A stretch of DNA of 64,000 nucleotides from Balanoglossus misakiensis (Eukaryota; Animalia; Hemichordata): positions 3,206,349 through 3,270,348 of the forward strand of contig CM082586.2 of assembly GCA_040954595.2 (NCBI GenBank), given 5' to 3'. Of the stretch, positions 26,311-41,300 are shown piece by piece. The first letter of the stretch is position 1; each line of letters opens with the position of its first letter. Below the pieces are notes generated by a model, which ran no database searches, was not told the DNA's origin, and saw nothing but the letters and a program-made list of their open reading frames with translations. Made by a program: the position numbers and the translations under genes.

Positions 26311-29300
26311 TTGAAAAGGGCTTTGCATAACTTGATTGATTGCTTAATACACTCCGACCTTATATTACCTTGATTTGATTTATTAGTTTTTCATCCGGGG
26401 ACTGATCCATAAATAATCTTTCAACACCGGGACATCGATTATCGACGCGTTATTACTTGATAATATACGGCCAGCTTCACCTCCAACCGAAGGTCAGTAT
26501 CTGTTCAACAATTGCGACTGATTTGCCCCGGGGCATTTCGTTCATCATTTTCGACTTAAGATGGTTCCGGTTCGCGCCTTGAAGATCAAAGTTTTAAAAC
26601 TTTTCTCATTATTTTTGCTCACGAGAACTTTAAATTTTACTTAGTTTTCAAAAAGGCTGACTCCGCAATCTCTAATATAGAAAAGAATTGAGAGGCTTAC
26701 AGGACTATCAATTTTCTGAAAGTCTGTCCCCGAGCCATCCATTGATATCAACGTTGCTTTCTTAAATGATTGCAGTTCAAAAAGAGATATGGATCACAGT
26801 AGACGGCTTTTCACAGGGGGGTCGTTGCCGTGGTAACCCGTGGTTCTCTATCCAATAATCGTTATATATGTTTTTGACGCGAAACCGTTCTCTTATTACC
26901 TGGGCATATGTAACACGACTATGCAGGAGACGATGTGATTAAAGCAATGACGAAAAATATTTGTTATATTTAACGTATTCTTTGGCTCGAAAAAGTGATC
27001 TTTACGTCAAAGCTCCATGAAGCAGTCTGGTTAACCCCAAGGCACAAGAAGGATGGAAAGATTTAAATTACAGAACAATTCCTTGTAATAGCAGTCAATC
27101 TGAAACCCTCATATGCTTTACCCATAGCCGTCAATGCCAACTGATCGCCGACGTCACAAATCGTTTCTCCGCCAGTAACGCAATAATAAGCGAAACAGCT
27201 GCGCCCAAGAAACAGAATATCGGATTCAAACTTATCTTCACCGTAAGATGTCTTTAATTGTCAAGAAGACATCATGCACTAGACAAAGTAACCAATAATA
27301 GCATGTAGAAATTAAAGTAACGAAAACCCTTTCTTGGGTCATCATGAAATAATGTCACTTGATACGGCGTTTTAATGTTTGAAAAGTCAAACGGCTATAT
27401 CTGAATAAATATTAGTCGACAAGAATAGCCTACATGCATGCATGCTGGCTAGATTCACACGGCTCAGTCACGTGATAGTGGCTGCCGGTGGTTGTGTACA
27501 TTGTGTAGGGCGCTGCAAAATACAATGTAAAGTGACGCGTGAGGATAGAACGATGATAGGATGCTTGTAAACGTGACTCACATGAACAACAATTTCAGTA
27601 GAATATCCCAGAAATTAAATCACGTCTGCTGACAGAAATTCGCCCCGTTATCGACAGGACTTTCTGTTCGAATTTATCTTGATGGCTATATTGTTATGCT
27701 GTTAGGGGGGACAAACATGTGTGCATTTGATAAGCTTTGAGTAACATGTCTTGTACTTTTCCATGATGATGAAAATGTCAAAGTGTACATGCACCAGGCT
27801 AGTCAATGACAACTGGGCATTGCGAAAGAAAACAGACGATTACATGGGTCCCTTGGCCATGTTGCCATGGCGACCTAATCAAGCCAACGCTCGTGATGTC
27901 TCAAAGGGGGCGTATTGACAGAAAAGATGAAGACGTGTACCGTTCTTCTAGAATGAGTATAAACGGTTACAACTGTTACTAACCACCGGCGGGGGGCACA
28001 TCGATGCTCATAGTACAACATTCGCATATGTATACGCTATGCCATTACTCAGGAAAATAATGGGATGAAGGTATGGTATACACTTCCCCAAAACAACATG
28101 AAATGAGAAAATGTGACAAAAAGCTGACAGCGCCCTCTTCACGATTCCATAGCTAAGCATGTCTGATTGACGTCACACAAGGGCCATGTATTGTCGCGGG
28201 CTCATAGCCATGCATTAAAAATGTATTGGCTTACAACGCTTTAGTGTATTAATACATCTAAAGATAGGTTATTTGGGTTGTCATGCTCCCTGTAAGTTTT
28301 CAAATGCAGGCTCCGTTATCGTCGTACTTCGTCCGAGTCTACGAATACGTCTGAGCTTTGGCACGACGCGACGTCTGTGCTTAAGAAAATCGATACATTT
28401 GTAAGCGGGCGTGGTATTTCAGCTGCTAAATTTGGCCGTCTGTGTTTACATTTTTCTGTGACAGCCAGATATCAGAAAATTCCACTCATCGTCGCAAACC
28501 ACGTGCCTCTTTACGGCAACTTAGTCTTGTAGAGCGAAAATAGGGCTCTGGTTCGCGAGAATGATTCCAACCGATGGAACCAGGATGTGCCGAAGATTGC
28601 CGAGTTCTAATAAAGTGATACGAACCCTAATTTCAGTTCATCTCGACCTCAGGCGCATCTTGTTATCGAGACGAGCAAGAAATGAGGCTCCTACGTGTTT
28701 GCTGTGAACAGACGCGAACCCCGAGATAGCCAATGCAAGACTGTCATGGCCGATCTACAACCATCTCATCTCCGTCAACAACGTTTCAAATTAATTGATC
28801 AGCTGGTTTCTTGATCAAAACTGGATCACACCCGTTTTGTCACGCCATATTTGATTCATGTTCAGGCTACTGTGTGTTTTTTACAGCAAGTTTATCAACC
28901 GCAAAATCATTAAAGAATTATTGTGCGCAATTGGACTATCTTTCGCGTGTAGTTTTATGGCGCGCAACGAAAACAGTAAAACGTGCGGCGATGTTAGTCG
29001 GGGACACTGGCGAAGATTTGATGCTGGAGAAATCAATACGCTTGCAGAGCCTATTATGTTTCCAAGCCAGTCGATTAAATTTGCCCGACCGCACCTGGAA
29101 GAAGTTGCACTCTGAGCAAAAGCCATTTGGCTAATATTATGAGGTCATTTCGGTAGTCAGAAATTGACTGGTAAATATGGATAATTTGTTGGAATTATGA
29201 AATATGTCATACGAGAAGCATGGTGATTCAATAGTTTCATACTCAGTGGGTAATTCTTTTATTCCCGAACTTGTGTAATCGAAACGTCTGAATGACTAAA

Positions 29301-32300
29301 TGTGCACATTATTGTAGTGGATAGCAAAAATTACGCCAGAAATATTGTTGGCCACATCGTTTTATCAGAAGCGTGAAATTGAGGATTTATTGTACGAAGG
29401 CGGTGTCTTGACTGCTCCGAGCTCTTTGGGGAAATTAAACTCTGATAACGAGGTCACGGCATTCCAGGCACATAATGACAATTGACAGCTAACAGTATCC
29501 GAACTGTGTGAAAATCGCCGCATTCCCAACTCCCCATAGTTGATCAAGGAAGCTCAAAGGGAATATGAACACACGCTGTTGATGTGTCCAGGAGGTTTTG
29601 AATATTTACCCTCTTTTCGGAGTCACAAGTGTCTCGGTCCTTGTCAGAGAAAATCCGCGAAAAGCTATCTTTTCCCGACTCATAAAACTTGCAGATAACA
29701 TAAATGCGATTGTGCGTATCAGTTTTCTATACGCCAAAATATCTGTCGTGGTACTGATTAGAGTAAGTCAAAAGAACGTGATCGGCACGAAAACGGTGTA
29801 CTTTGATTTTTTTAAAATTTCTTTCCAAATTAGTAAATGGTCTTCTTCTTTTCTGCACACCGTAACGACTGACTACAAACGGGCACCATTCACACGGAAC
29901 CATAAAATTAAAGGTATCCTTTCCCAAAGCATCTAACCCTAAACTCTTGAAGGCGGCCTGTAATCACGTGGTAACCTTACATGAATACAGAAGCCATTAC
30001 CTTTTAAAAGTAACGTGTACTGTTAAATGGCGCTGCGGGGGTTTCGCCGGAGACGGTCTGGGCAGGACTGTTGCATGCACCGTTTGCAATTAATCCGCTC
30101 CATTTGTGGAACACTACAATCCTGACGTATTCAAGGGAGTAAAATATGTCATTCCCTGGGAATGCAAAAATAACTACCGCGTCAGTAGATCGCACTTTCA
30201 AATCAAGTGCGATATACATCAATTTGCCTTTTCTGAAACCCTGATCATCACACTCTGGCATTCAGACATCAGCGTTTTTACACAGCCTTTCGGGCAAAGT
30301 CCTGTGTTTACAAACGCGCAAGCATAATATGTAGTGAGACAAAAACTGTTGTCATGCTCACTGATTCAGAAGTTAATACACAGAATAAGTTTATTGTTTT
30401 AGGAAGCTATATTGTAATAATTCACTGTTTTTCTGGCGTGCAGTGACGGAGACGCTTTCTAATGACGGTTAGAATGTAAATTTGCCTGACGTGGGAGATT
30501 GCATGTTACCAAAATAATTTTGTTATCACATTACCGAGATGAAGTCTCTCTTTTGAATTGCTGCTGCGTCATTGATGAAGAAATACATTATTCGTGAGCA
30601 AGGGTCGCGCAGACGCAGTGGCGGCGACGGTATTCCTTTAAAAAACCAATGTAAACCCTTGTATCGTTTATGTTGCCTTCAAACATATTAGTTGATTTTT
30701 ATCACTGCCTTCTTGTCAGTAAAATCAATACTACTAAAGTTTCATTGCAAGATTTTCAAGCTTTTGGGTTTTATAGGAAGGTGTATATCTTACGAGTAAC
30801 TAAATACACAAGGGTACGCCTGCATCACTTTTTACTAGAGCGACGGTGTTAAAAACACAGATCAGCTTATACATCAAGGCCGAGTAAGTGTGGAAACGTA
30901 CTCACACCATACCTTCGCACTTTATACCGCATGTTGGATGTTATAAGGAAAAAAAACTACGTTGTTAGTGTCCTTGACCGCAGAAAAAATGATACACACA
31001 CGTGAACATCACCATGGTGATTTTGGAGAAGGTACATTTTGTATATATATTTTATAGACCACAATGTGATTCGCCTTTAACCCTTTGAAATCATCCCATC
31101 CACTATTTCTAAGTGCTGTGTCATCGAGCCTTCAGCCATCTTTAAAATCTTAACGAGCAATTCTGCAGGTAATCGATAACGTCATATAGAATGCCAACTT
31201 AAATGGGTAAATCATGTACATTCATTTTAAAGCCACAGTAGACGAAACTTTTCGTTAAATTTTCGGAATTTTTGAGTATCAACTACAACATTTGTTCTAC
31301 TCTCGTAAGCTAGTGGGAACACCATGTGTTTGGCTGGTCAACGAATTATTGTGCTAAATGGTATATAGCAGAGCTCTGGACCTCTGCGTATACGTACGAA
31401 CTGTGTGACATAGAATTTATGTTACGGGCAGAATGGAGAGTAGTATATTCAGTCCACACAAGTTGGATCTAGACAAGCGACTTCACACGTTGAAATGTTA
31501 AGGGTGGTTGAGCAGGTCCCTTTGGATGTGACATTCCTTGGTTATAAAACCGCTTTTCCGAGTCGCTGAATCTTTCCACGGGCAATAAACGTGAAACCAT
31601 AGTACCCAGGGCATGGTTGATTTACCGCCCTTTTGGCGATTGCGGATGGATATGCTTAATGGAGGAGAACCACCGCCGTTGCTGGGCGACCGAGCCATGT
31701 TTACAAGTCTCACATCAGCTGGTTGAGTCACATTGTCTTCGACTTTGATCCGGTCGTTCCGCTCTTACCACGGGGATTAAAGTGATCTGCTTGATTAAAG
31801 TGATCTGCGCTTGTTTAATGCACTTAATGGGCAGTCTGATCAAATATACAATGCAGATATGATGATATCGTCTTTCGATGGCTTCATATTCGTTTTTTTC
31901 TTCTTACCGAGCGTAGTATTGTCCCTGTACCAAAGTTCAAATTTGTCAGCGGAGCTCGATTGGAAAATGATCGATTTTTAAATATCATACGAGCACACCC
32001 CTGTAAATGATGCTGATGTTAACATGTGTGATAGGATGGAAAATCTGGCACTGCCTTCAACTCACTGAACGTGATTCTCCGGGTGAGTTTGACCTTGCCG
32101 ACAGCTTACTGTTTTTTGTTTGGATCAACCCCTACACATTTACAATTCTATAGGCCTTTAAGGAAGACATGATTTCTCGCGGAAACCGTTGCTAAGCACG
32201 CGAAATTGGGGACGTCACATAAACGGGTATTTACTTGTACAGTTGACGTTTTCGCCAGAGGGTGTTTCTTTGCCGCGACTGAACACCAGCGAATACACGT

Positions 32301-32765
32301 GAGTGCGACCAGATCGTTTGCACGATCAGCCAACACGAACCGTATCACCGTAAAACAAGATTTTGGCGGATTGTTTTCTTCAAGATAGCTACGTCGACCG
32401 TCCAGTTTTGTTTGGGAGCTAACAATTGAGTCCAAATACACGCTGGACCTTGCGTTTGTCATCAGAACTAGTTCGAATATGCTAAATAGACGTGACTTTC
32501 AAAAACGCTAGGCCGACTGTTTCTGAGAAAAATATTCCCAAATATGCTATACTTTTTAAAATAAACATAGTGAAAACAGACATCCAAGAATGTTTACATT
32601 CAACAAAAACAAGCACGATAATCATTTTAAATGTGAAAAAAAACAGCAAAGGAACCGATTCCATTGTATTTTGCAATGGAAAATGAAACCACAGAACAAT
32701 GTCCTTGGAGAAGCTACACAACAGGCGGGCCCAACATAAATGGAAATGACAAAGATTTTTTTTAC

Positions 32766-32824
32766 CTTGGGTCAAGCGTTTTGTCAGTGAAGTCCACCAT
32801 TTTACTCGCCGAGGATTCTGCCAT
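32766..32824 (-). CDS. Candidate alternative first coding exon of the TRPC gene (MAESSASKMVDFTDKTLDP-)
   Basis: Strong Kozak context AACATGG, then 19 codons plus 2 nt ending at AG|GTAAAA. Phase 2 matches the acceptor at 24155. The upstream region is CpG-rich. Inference only. Confidence 0.4.
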
Positions 32825-35800
32825 GTTGAACAACAACCATATTAATGTACGTACATCCACAATGGTTTAAGTACAGCACATAGTGACCCGCAAATATGAC
32901 AGACTCAAGGGACTAAAACCATCCACGTTTGAAGAACTGCCGAGCAGGCTGGCGAAGAAACGCAGTCATTTTAGCGTGAGAACCTCAGCACAAATCTCAG
33001 TCTCCACTGGATGACGCCCAGTCAATGGTGTTTGCCTTGTGCTTTCCGTTGCTCCGACACGCCGCTCATGTTGACTCAAGTCCGACCCCGATCGCTCGAA
33101 TCTGCCTTCGCCTCTGCTGAATCAACAAGTCCGGGTCGCCAATTGCCGGGACTTCATCTTATCACGTGATCTGGCGTCGGAAAATATTACTCACTCGCTT
33201 ATGACCCAATTTTCCCGGGAAATTACCTGATTACGTTTCGCCCAAAGTTAGTGATCGTTCATCAACGAAAAAAGACGCGGAGATTTCTATATTATCTTGG
33301 TTTAGCCCAATAGGGATATTACTGATATTTTGTGGGGGGAAAAGCTTGTACTCGTACTGCGTCTTAAGCCCATAAACAAAATGGAGAATTGAACAGGTAC
33401 GATGTACACGTATTCCCGACGTTTGAATTTCCTGGTTTTGTACCAGGGCTATAGGAAATGACTTGTTATATTTAAGTAGGATGTTGATCATTTTTCACGG
33501 CGTTATTTCAATATTTTTCTGAAATCATTTGTTAATCGTTTGGCTACTGTTTCCCTTGAAATTTTCCTGAGGGCGCACATGCATTTTCAGTGTGGACCAA
33601 AACGGAAAACCGATTGGCTACAGCCTGTATTGTCGTCATATCACGCAGACACGCATTACTTATGAGTGGAATAAAATTGGATGACCCCTTTCTCAAAACT
33701 AGAACCACCGAGATAACATGAAGCGATATAGTAACTCGAACAAGGCAATAAAGCACGTAGAATCCGTCTGGTTTCATAATGACTTACTGTGGTCAACGAA
33801 CTTATAGTTAAAATGAAGCCATTCAGAACTGATGGATGTATTTTCTGAATTTTTGCATGTAAAATAAAATATTGCCAAACATACAGAAGTTCTCCGAATT
33901 TGACTGACAGTACAAACGATTAAATGTCAAAGCTGAAGCAAAGTATATACATTCACTCTACCAAATCGTATATAGTTTCATTGGTGGGGTTACGCGTTAT
34001 ATATGAGAACAACAGAACGAAGTACAGATACGAAATTGGAATGGGCTAATTAGTTTCCATGGGGAGATGATGGAACAACTCATTAGTTTCATGAGCCTCA
34101 GGAGAGCAAATCCTAAATCCAGCTCCCAGGGTAGAATTAGTTTTTCGTACCTGCATAAGTCATTAGGCAAATGTACAAGTGAAGGTCATTGCGCAACTGT
34201 CGTATAACGAGTAAAATTTTCAAGCAAGAACGACCAACGGATTTCACTCGCGATTCTATAAACCACAGTCATGATCAACTTATGGTCACATGATTCAATT
34301 AATTAACGATGTTAACAGGGCAATGTCACATCAGTTTCGTAGACAAGATTTTTGCATGTTACACAAAAGGCAATATTCCCGGGGCTCGTAATCATCATCA
34401 GTAACGTCACTCTTGTTTTGACGGATTAGGCCTATTTATCAGGAAGTGTAGATTTCTATACGATTGTGGTCAAAGGTAATATAATTTTTGTCTTATTCGG
34501 TGACACATCGCTCTGCCCCGTGTGTTTTACTGAAGAAATACTAGTAGTCTTTGTTTTGGTACTGAGCTAGCACACTGCACACCGCGGAGGGGTTAAATCG
34601 TCAGCTCATCCACGCCATCGCTTGTGATGAGCGCATGAAAAAATAGTTCGTCTTGCCACAAACACCGAAAGAAAACAGACAAGGGCACGCAAAATTTGTT
34701 GATTAGTGGATACCATCTTTGGAAAGTCAATCGCCAAGATGTTCTTTTTCAGTTTATATTTTATTTGTGCGCGCGTGTGTGTGTGTGTTGAAAGCGAAAG
34801 CCCCAGCCAGGGCGGAAGGTTACTTACCGGAAGTCAATGAATGGTCGTTAACCGGCTCTGGTCTGGTATAACGCGTTGTGAGTGACCCAACACACCACAG
34901 TATGGCTGCACAAAATTCGGCGCAATTCTTGAGAGCAAAATTCGGTCCTAATGATCCCGCTTTCACATATTTGACTCTGGGTTCACGAGTACAATCCGAG
35001 CGTCACCTTTGACCTAGAACAAGAAACAAGACAGCGTCAACAAGTTTGTAAATACATGTACATAACAGACACTATTCAACGGGAAGGTGCGAGAACAGCA
35101 AATCATCAGGGACTGTTCACAATGCCAGAGTTACTGATCTGTCTCTGTCAGATGGCACTCTAGCATCTTGATCGACGATGCGCGACGAAGACTTTGAGAT
35201 AAACTATTCGTACAGACGTATTCGAGGATTATTTTTGGTGTTTGGGGATCTTATCGTAGTACTACACGAATTCCTTACATAGTGGCATGAAACAGGTTAA
35301 AGTACGCTATTACACTTTGGATCCAATGTTTTTGACTCAGAATGGAAAGAAATACATCTTCATGTTATAATCTGGACTGCGGTAATTGAGAGTTGAGTTC
35401 TTTCGGTTTCTTATTTTTAGAACTATAAGCTACATATGCAGCGAGGCTGCAGTCATTTGAAAACTCAGCCAGTGACGTCACAACACCCCGACTATTAATC
35501 AGTCTACAATCACTTCGTTGCTGTGGTAATTTGTGGTCTTACACGCGTTACAACAGTTGGGCAATGCAGTTCATTCTGACGGTTTCCCGTCCACACAAAT
35601 TCCAGACGCCCGATTAAGACTTCAATAACACGTGAATTATGTGCAAATGCGCATTTCACAGTAAACTTCTGTGCAAATTGACATTACTGTGTCCTGTTGA
35701 CTTCGAGCACGTGACAAGACTTCAAATTGAGTCAACTGCGGTGGACATTTCAAAAGGGGCAAAACATGGCAGACGTTGAAAATGTTGGCAAATATTTATA

Positions 35801-38283
35801 ACTGAATTAACATGAGGATATTTTTCGGTACGTCTGTCTGAAAATCTCTTCTTCAACAGAGAGATTGGTACACCCAGTGATATTCGTAAATCCGTCAACT
35901 CGTGCATACATTAAATTGGTGAGAATTTATGCCTTCAAGAGATAAGGTGTTATTCGTGTGTTGGAATGTTTCTTTGCCGATGCGAACTATCTCAGATAAC
36001 CCTGCAGCATGCAGTACGAGACAGGAATTGACACCGATATTTGGGGGGGGGGGGGGAACACACACAAATACGTCGCGAAAAAAGGTCGATGACACCAGGA
36101 AGGAAAACTGCTTCGAAGCAGTGAACGTCGCCATATTGAATGCGACGGCTGTCGTTCGATTTGAATACGGATGAATATTTACCTTCTTCTGGTGGGTTAG
36201 TTTTCTCTGACGTACATGAGTCAAATTAGTTTTCGGTGGAATTACACGCTGTGATTAGATTTCACCTCCATGGGACTACAGATTGGTGGATTTGCAGGTA
36301 CGGGGGTTAATGGAAGGTGACATTTTGAGTGCCGAGATGGCATCTGGGGATTATTTTTTATACGGCCTCTGAGATGAAGTAAGAAAAGCGTTACATGTCG
36401 CACTGACATGGTGTATACGGTGTCATTTGTGTCCGTTTTCAAATCAGATTGAAAGAAATGTGATACGAGACCCTACTGAGCGTGGAACGGTGCTTATGGC
36501 TAGGTTTTAGAGTTCTTGTAACCTATAATACGCACGTACCCTCTAGGTCAATAATAAAAATAGAAAAAGTCAAGTTTTTCACTCGACGCGTATAAGCTTA
36601 AGTAACGTTAACTATCATTGTAAATAAATGAATTCGGGTTCAGAATTGAACGCATTCTTTAAAACAAAACCTGGTTGTGCACATTCGTGCTGTGTTGACA
36701 AAGCTCCATCTGGCGATTCGTCATGCTGGGGGAGTCGAAAGGAAATTGCAGTCGATATACACAGCTCCCAAAACAGCTAAAAGTTACACGTATCGAAGAT
36801 GAGACGTGCAGCTAGTCGAGAATAAAGAGCGCCAGAAAAAGTTCGACATGGTCCAGAAATCGTTTAATCAGTCAAAGCACCATGGCAACCAGAGCGTAGC
36901 GGAGCATTATCATTATTTTCTAGGAAGAAAAAAAAAACATTACCGCGCAGTGGTGAAAACGTTCGCGTGAATTCTTTAATGAGAGGGGGAAATCCCGACT
37001 GAAGTCATTTTCTGGAGTAAACCGTTATTCAATTCGATTAATTTTTAAAAGCTAATTCTCTTGCGCTTAGATGTTTAATGTTCGGCAAATGTGAACGACC
37101 ACAATATAAGCTCGCGAGTGCGTGAAAACGTTGACCCCAGTACGGAAGCTATTTTGATTTGGTTGACGTTTGAAAATCGCCAACGCTGGAGAACACGGAT
37201 GCACTTTTGAAATCGTCGTCATTAAGATCATCAAAAATTTAGTCCCAATTCATATGTGATCATTGATTGAGTTATATAATAAAACATCTCGCTTCGGGTT
37301 CCACCAATGTCATTACCGTATCACATGCAATTATTCTGATTGGGCACAACATTTTGTGTTCAATTTCAGTCCGAATAAATAGGGTCGACGCGCGGCAGAG
37401 GCGTTTTGGATAGCAAGTTCACTGCGCATTTTATAGCGTGAACAATTTGTAGAAAAGAGCCGTTCTTAATCACCTTGATAGCGACCTTCTCGTCCGCTGA
37501 TAATTTACGAAGATCTAAAAAGGCGCGACGACCACTGATGACTCTCATTGAAAGTGAATTTGACATTTTCACAAGCTTCAATCTTTTTTTGCGTGAACAT
37601 AATCATCTTGCGCGGGAAATGTTAGTGTATTATTGTTATTCTAAGACTCGCCGGCATCAATCCTTGTATCATAGCAACCAAGCCATGCTGACACTTGCCA
37701 GAGGCGAGTTCATTTTCCCAAGAAAACTCGCAACACGTCATTTCGGGCCAATAAGATCTTGTTTTTTGTAATGCATGGTTTTATTTGGAAGTCTTTCTCG
37801 TAAATAAAACCATGACATAATGGAACATAATGAGCGTATAACGTCCTGTTTCGAAACCCTGGGAAATGGATGCGTTTGAGGGTTTATGACAGAAAGCCTG
37901 AAAAGAGTCTGTGTGATTTTGATATCATTCTCAATCTTTTATCGTTGTTTCTCCATTCCTGTAACACTGTAACGCTAAGTTATTGATCGATTTGCCGGTT
38001 CGCGTCGCTTCTCTTTCTCCGGCGCTATGATTTGGTTGCCACGGCGACCGCTGATCACTTCATTCGACTCCCCGGGTAGCATCACATCTATATTTATACA
38101 CAGTGGGCATATGTTTATGAATCATCCATTGACCCACTGTGCGTTGCGTAATTGTAATGTTTGTAGTTGTGAGATTTATAGTAGTTATGATAAAAGATCT
38201 GGCTATTCCTTTCCTAAATTACATTTCCCCATCGACCGGAAAATCAACTTCGACGGCATGGGCGGACTCATTTACTGACAATC

Positions 38284-38300
38284 GGGGGTGAAAGGGTTAA
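38284..38300. mobile_element. Solo right terminus of the TTAA/piggyBac-type MITE family
   Basis: GGGGGTGAAAGGG-TTAA is identical to the right ends of the elements at 59479 and 62679. Confidence 0.55.
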
Positions 38301-41300
38301 CCGTTGTCTGTAGCGTCTACTTCGCTCAAGGCACGTGATCTCTCGAGTTTGCTTCGCCGCGGACAGCTCTTACAGTTTGAGTGTGTCTTCGTGATCGGTA
38401 CTGGCTAATAGGTATATTCACTTCCTGCAGAAATTACAGGCTTTAAAGAAAAAAGTGTTGACTTAATTGGGTTCTAGCTGGCATTTGCGTGCTGTTCTGC
38501 CACTTCAATCAATACATTCGATCCTTCTGTCACACGTTTGATGTGACCGCTATGCCCCTTTTACAGTTTTGTGCCCGATTCACTGACAAATCTCTCTCGC
38601 ACTTTACTGCTTCCACGGTGAAGTTTCAGACTTCCTGTCACCGGATGTCAAATTGCTAACCTGAATTCCGGCAATGTCAACGATAACAACGACATGCTTC
38701 TGAATTACGCCTAAAACATCACTCTTGGTGACTTCTGAAAATTGTGTTTACATTGAAATACTAAGCGATGGCATCAACGTTTATCAGAAATCCGAGGAAG
38801 AGAAAGAAGATCTGCCCTTGTGGCGTTTTGAATAAAATGGATAGACATTTGATATCCATTTGGCTTTTAAGTCAACGAAGACCGAATTCCCCTGTTGCAC
38901 ATATTATGATAAGAGACCTGAAAACAACGATTGCTCTGAAATAGGCGAGTTTCACGATGTAATATCTGATGTATCTTGTTTGTTTGCTCATCCCGGCAAT
39001 AACATGCCTTTTCCCGCCTGGCCTAGATGTTCACTTTGATCAGAACCCATCAATTTGATCATCTTATTATTTCACCTATACTTATGTTCATCACGAAAAC
39101 GGTTATTGGCACGTTCCCGAAATACCGCGTGTATTGTAGACGGTTTAGTCCCAGCTGACTAGTTACTCTACTTCTGAGAAATTTAGACTCGAAAACGAGA
39201 ACGGCTGAAGGCAAATTTGGACAGAGATGTCACGTTTGTGCAGCAGAAAGTGTCTATTTTCGGAAAGAATCACATGAAGGTGACATATGTGCGTCAGAGT
39301 ACCGTCTCTGCGCAGACCTTGCAAACACGTTTGACGCGCATTTTTTTAAGAATGCGGACAATAATGCGGACGCTATCTGAAAAGTGTGCTTTATAGGATT
39401 AAGCCACAGAACATTATTATTCGCTCGACTTCATATCGGCATAGTTTTAGTCGATATAAAACAGGGTTCCTTAATTTAAATTTCCATGTCTTGAAAAATA
39501 CCAATAAAATTATGAAACTAATGCTGTATGAAAGATCCTTTCTCTACTGACAACGGGATGTATTTGTTTAATGTAACGAACAGAGGCACTGAGTTTACAG
39601 TTATCAATAGCTGACGAAGCATAGTCATTCTATAGTCACGCTTTCATGTTTAAATTAGTGAAGGAAGTTCGATAAAAAGGCAAATTCTGTGGTACGCTTA
39701 ATTTTCTGCGTCAACTAGATTTGCTGGAGACGAAAATTGAATTACCGGACTGTGCTATTCAATAACAAAACGAATTGAACGAGTGTTGTTGCAACCTTTT
39801 TCTTGTTTCCTTTTCATCATATTTGTTTTGTTTTCTTTACCGCGTTTGTTTCTTCTTCGTGTTTTATATTCATGATACTATGACCCTGTTAAAAGGTTTA
39901 CTATATCGATGTTTCGGCACTGCGTTGGGAGTGTCATAGTGCCCTGTAGGAATCAATTTCTCGTATGCGAAATGCATACCGGATTGCCTACGATTGCCAT
40001 CCCTACATGCATCATTATATTCAGATATATAAGTGGCGGATATTATCTTACACTGATAACAAAGCGGTATTCCCTATTGAATTTATTCCATGGCAACATG
40101 CAAATCAAAGAGGGGGACGTTGAGCATCGTCTGATGACAGGGATTCATTATGTGGCTCATTAAAGTTAATATTAAGCTTGTGACGTTTTACTATTACAAT
40201 ACGATGAATAAAATAGCGTTTCTTCTGAAAAAAAAGCACTCGAGAAAGATCTCAAGCACGCGGCAAAGTGTAGCACTTCTGGCAACCATTGTTGGTGGAA
40301 CAACGTCTGGCAAAGAAAACCTGGTGGACGGTTTTAACGGAGAGGGTATCAGAACTTTCAAAGACGCTTGAATGGTAAGTGACGTCATCACTCAATCAGA
40401 TAACTCTTCCTAACAAAGTTGTTCGGGGCACGAGCATGTGATGTGTGCAAACAATGGCCACATCCATTCCATTTTTACATAATATCATGTTTGTACGCTG
40501 TACAGGCTGATATACACCACTGCAATATTTAAAAAAACTTTTTACAATAAATTTAAATGAACGAGCGAAAAGTTTAAGAGTGAATGCAAAATATTCGCAA
40601 AGCGAGCTAGCGTTCAGGTCGGTCAGAAGAGCTTTGTGAAGGGATTTTCGCGCGCCATAATTAGTGTCACAGTCACAAGTACTAGTACATCATTCTGGGC
40701 ACCTCCCGCCGACATAATTAGGTCACCTATATTGACTCTGAGAAAACGGGAGCAACATCAATCAAGCGCTGACGTTCTCTGCGCATTGTTCTCCCCGTCA
40801 GGAAGCTTTCAGTTTTTATGAGGTGAGGGCTGGGACAATTTGGATTATATCTATCACATACAAAGTGACCCCCCCCCCTGTTTCTTTGCTTAAGACATGA
40901 CCCTTTCGGTTTCCGTTTCCCCGTGGAAAGTAGTCAATGTCTGATTTGAAATTCTCTCCGCCACAAAGTATTGATTGGTCGTCACTAGAAGCCTTCCGGC
41001 GATACTTTCTATCATTTCACTTCCAATCAGGTTACTAAAAAGCCGGCCTAACCCGCCTATAGCTTTCATTATAGCCGTACCGTTATCATTACAACCGGCC
41101 GCTCTGAGCTACCGACTGGGATTGACATGGAATTATTTGCCGGAGGGCGTACAGCATGCACGCGACATTCAACTTTACGACATGCTGATGTTAGTCAACT
41201 CTTCGGTTTTTCTTCGGTTACGAGGAAGTTCGGTTCACACGAATAGCGGAAATGCTGACATTTTGATATGAAATCAATTATAATTACAGTCTGGTTATCA

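Noticed and set aside
31775-31808. 18-bp tandem duplication GATTAAAGTGATCTGC(TT)
   Set aside because: It is real but looks like an ordinary two-copy slippage event with no further structure.
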